64,000 bases of DNA. Source: an uncultured delta proteobacterium. GTDB taxonomy: Bacteria; Myxococcota_A; Polyangia; Polyangiales; JAFGIB01. The translations under genes and the position numbers were made by a program. The stretch spans positions 1,184,001-1,248,000 of the forward strand of contig CAVZVA010000010.1 of assembly GCA_963778655.1 (NCBI GenBank), in the 5' to 3' direction. A model generated the notes under the pieces. That model did not search any database. It was not told the DNA's origin and worked only from the letters and a program-made list of their open reading frames with translations. Positions within the stretch are counted from its first letter, which is position 1. Each line of letters begins with the position of its first letter. Positions 61,385 through 64,000 of the stretch are shown piece after piece.

Positions 61385-61774
61385 ATGGAGAGACTCTTCT
61401 TGTTGCTGGCTGGTGCGAACGGCATGCTCGCCGTGGCCCTCGGCGCGTTCGGCGCGCACGGCCTGCGGGCTCGCCTGCTACCGCTCGCCGATGGCGCGCA
61501 GCGGCTATCCTGGTGGGAGACCGCCGCGCACTATCACCTCGCGCACGCGCTGGCGCTCGGGCTGAGTGCGCAGCTGGTTGCGCGCAGCCAGGGGGTGAGC
61601 GCGCAGGTCGCTGGTTTTTGCTTCGTCGCCGGAATCCTGCTGTTCAGCGGCAGCCTCTACACCATGACCCTGACCGGCGCGCGCGCGCTCGGCGCCGTCA
61701 CGCCCGTCGGCGGCCTGCTGCTGCTGTGCGGCTGGGCGGCGATCATCATCGCCGCCTGGCGCATGCGCGCCTAG
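61385..61774 (+). CDS. DUF423 (YgdD/TMEM256) membrane protein
   Basis: LGAFGAHGL, WETA..YH..HA, LFSGSLY, GAVTPVGG. Confidence 0.92.
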   Translation: MERLFLLLAGANGMLAVALGAFGAHGLRARLLPLADGAQRLSWWETAAHYHLAHALALGLSAQLVARSQGVSAQVAGFCFVAGILLFSGSLYTMTLTGARALGAVTPVGGLLLLCGWAAIIIAAWRMRA

Positions 61775-61792
61775 CGCGCTCCAGCTACGGAG

Positions 61793-62887
61793 CTACTTCT
61801 TTGCCGTTGCGGGCTTGGCCGGAACGGCTTTCGCGTTGACCACGTTGGGTGTGGCCGGCGCGCTGACGACGCGGCGGGACCTGGGCAGGACCGGAATGGG
61901 GTTGTCCGGAGAGCCCGGGGGGCCCTTCTTCTTGGCCTCTTCCTTCTTGACCAGTGCATCCGGGCTGACCAGCAGACGCCCGCCGACCCAGCCCGAGATC
62001 AAGTAGATCGTGTCCACGCCTTCACGCTGCGCGTAGTAGTTCTGATCCTTCTTGCTGCCGATGCGATACACCACGTCGCGCGCGCCGGCGTCGCCACCCA
62101 GACGCAGCGTGACGCTGGCCGCATCCGCGCCCAAGCCCGCCTGCTCGGCGGTCACACCCTTGTCCGCGAAATCCACCGCGTTCAAGCTCGACGCCGTGCT
62201 CACGATGCCCTTGAGCTTGGCGTCGTCGAGCGGGTCGATGCGCTTGTCGTGCTTGGCCAGCACCTGCTTCCAGCTATCGCCGTCGCGCGTGAAGTCGAAG
62301 TGACCGTTCTGGTTGGTGAAGGTCACCTGTTGCAGATCCTTGGCCTCGACCTTGGCGATCGTGCGGTCGCGCCATTCGCGCGGCTGCTTGGTGAAGATGT
62401 AGCGAATCGAGCCCTTCACCGTGGCCACCGGGGTCTGTCCTTCCAGCCGCAGCATCGTGTTGCCCGAACGATAGATGCCGATGTAGGCGTCGATCAGCGG
62501 CTTGCCGCCGGCGCGGGCGATCACGTGCGTGCCCTTGGCCGCGTCCACCTCGAGCTTGGCGTGGTTCTCGGTCTTGGTCGCGGCCAGGCCGGTGACTTCG
62601 AGGTCCGCGAGCTTGTCGAGCGCGGCCTTGACCGCGTCCTGGTCGCCCTGCGCGTCGAGCGGCTCGACCATGCGCCATTGCTCGCCCTTCTTGACCAGCC
62701 GGACCTTCGGGTGATCGGGCGCGCTGAGCTCGAGCTCGTCGACCTTCGAGGCGTCGACCTTGGGCAGCTTGACCTCGACTTTGGGCGCGGCGTGGTCTTC
62801 CTTTTGTCGTGCGTTGATCCGCCACATCGTCAAGCCGACCAGCGCGAGCAGGACGAGGGTGGCGACGCCGAGACGATTCTGGCTCAT
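61793..62887 (-). CDS. DUF4340-like periplasmic protein
   Basis: N-terminal TM; two repeats of 'L.K.G..W...P' with WRDRTI; follows a GldG-like gene. Confidence 0.75.
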   Translation of the reverse strand: MSQNRLGVATLVLLALVGLTMWRINARQKEDHAAPKVEVKLPKVDASKVDELELSAPDHPKVRLVKKGEQWRMVEPLDAQGDQDAVKAALDKLADLEVTGLAATKTENHAKLEVDAAKGTHVIARAGGKPLIDAYIGIYRSGNTMLRLEGQTPVATVKGSIRYIFTKQPREWRDRTIAKVEAKDLQQVTFTNQNGHFDFTRDGDSWKQVLAKHDKRIDPLDDAKLKGIVSTASSLNAVDFADKGVTAEQAGLGADAASVTLRLGGDAGARDVVYRIGSKKDQNYYAQREGVDTIYLISGWVGGRLLVSPDALVKKEEAKKKGPPGSPDNPIPVLPRSRRVVSAPATPNVVNAKAVPAKPATAKK

Positions 62888-62913
62888 GAGGGCTCCTACG
62901 GCTTCTTGTGCTC

Positions 62914-63999
62914 TTACAGCTTGAGGCTGGCCTTACGCGCGAGCCGCGCGCGCCAGCGCACGATGCCGAGCAGCGCGAACAGGCCTGGGATCGCCAGCGT
63001 GTTGCCCCAGCGATAGCTGGCCTTGCGCTGGTCCCACGCCTTCATCGCTTGCTTGCGCTTCCCGAACGCCTTCTTGGCCTTGGCCTCGTCCTGCTGCTGC
63101 ACCGCGGTGCGAATGGTGTCTTCGGCCGCGCGCACGTTCTGCGGGATCTCGAGCATCGGATCTTCGATGTTCTTGGCGCGGATCTCGATCAGGTCCTGCT
63201 CCTGCGCCAGCCAGTCGATGCTGTTGAGCGCAAACGCGACCGAGCTGCTGAAGCCGGTCTGGCCGGCCTGCGGAGGCGGAAGGAACTCGTCGCGCATGAA
63301 GTAACCGGAGCCGAACACCAGCACGTGCACGGGCTTGTCCGCGCGGTCGGGCGCCTGAATCTTGGGTACCGCCGACTCTGCCTGCGGCGAGCTGACCGCG
63401 GGCTTCGCGAACGCGCTCGGCAGCTTGCCCTCGATCGCCACGCCCAGGGTGTAGGGCCCGCTGTATCCGGGCACCTGCCATTGATCGCGCGCCTTGAGGT
63501 CGATCGAGTCACCCTCCATCAGCCAGGCGTCGTGGCTGGAGCGCGCCAGCACGGTGCGCTTGACCTGAGGATCACCCTTGACGTTGTCGTTGAGCGCGAC
63601 CCGCACTGTGTACGGCATGCCGATCTGGTTGAGCCGGAACATCGCCGGATGCTCGCGCTCCTTTTCGTCGAAGGTGACGATCGGCACCGGCGGGTAGGGC
63701 ACCGGCACCGCGAGTCCCGGGATCTGCGTGGGCATGCGCGCTCGGCCGCACTGGGCGTCGGCCACGATGCGGTTGTCGAGGCTGACGCCCCACTTCTCCA
63801 GCAGCTTGTTGATGCCGGTGTCGATCGGCTTGCCGGTCGGCTGCTGGCCCTGGCCCATGTCGATCTTGACCGTGCCGCCGAAGACCGCGAGCGAGCCACC
63901 GTGCATCACGTACTGGTTGATGTAGCGCAGCTCGTCGTCTGTGAACGGCTTCTCGGGGTGAACGATCAACAGCGCCTTGATGGTCTTGGGGATCTCCGC
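62914..63999 (-). CDS. GldG-like ABC transporter auxiliary component (5' end outside the window)
   Basis: P..PF...EL..INQYVM.GG, LL..WGV, FALNSIDWL.....LI.IRAK, C-terminal TM followed by basic residues. Confidence 0.85.
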   Translation of the reverse strand, partial: AEIPKTIKALLIVHPEKPFTDDELRYINQYVMHGGSLAVFGGTVKIDMGQGQQPTGKPIDTGINKLLEKWGVSLDNRIVADAQCGRARMPTQIPGLAVPVPYPPVPIVTFDEKEREHPAMFRLNQIGMPYTVRVALNDNVKGDPQVKRTVLARSSHDAWLMEGDSIDLKARDQWQVPGYSGPYTLGVAIEGKLPSAFAKPAVSSPQAESAVPKIQAPDRADKPVHVLVFGSGYFMRDEFLPPPQAGQTGFSSSVAFALNSIDWLAQEQDLIEIRAKNIEDPMLEIPQNVRAAEDTIRTAVQQQDEAKAKKAFGKRKQAMKAWDQRKASYRWGNTLAIPGLFALLGIVRWRARLARKASLKL

Positions 64000-64000
64000 G

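Overview
High-GC chromosomal window. The gene content (Ser/Thr kinase-AAA protein, PilZ-like/REC/DUF4388 regulator, PHM-like copper monooxygenase lipoprotein, eukaryote/archaeal-type ProRS, GldG/DUF4340 pair) suggests a myxobacterium (Myxococcota); this is an inference. It opens with the core rplA-rplJ-rplL-rpoB-rpoC cluster. The rest is housekeeping and accessory genes: pyrimidine-nucleoside phosphorylase, RNase R, a REC-PAS-GGDEF-EAL protein, sucA next to a 2-oxoacid:ferredoxin oxidoreductase pair, a desaturase, a DyP peroxidase, an FHA protein plus kinase, an acyl-CoA ligase/DUF35/thiolase/SDR cluster, RND and MATE efflux, a Pal-like lipoprotein, fumC, cell-wall enzymes and proS. No rRNA, tRNA, CRISPR array or transposase was seen. 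The best candidate for an undescribed system is at 50635-53953: a TyrRS-fold protein lacking HIGH/KMSKS (CDPS-like logic), translationally coupled to a PAPS-dependent sulfotransferase and followed by an M23 peptidase fused to a Glu-less SLT domain. Other oddities: two families of dispersed palindromic repeats piled up between pal and fumC, an acyl-carrier-like protein lacking the Ppant serine behind an AT-rich region with tandem DnaA-box-like 9-mers, a possibly relocated L10 leader, a pseudo-rhomboid and a probable frameshift in a GT-C gene. All family calls come from motif recognition by eye; no searches were run.
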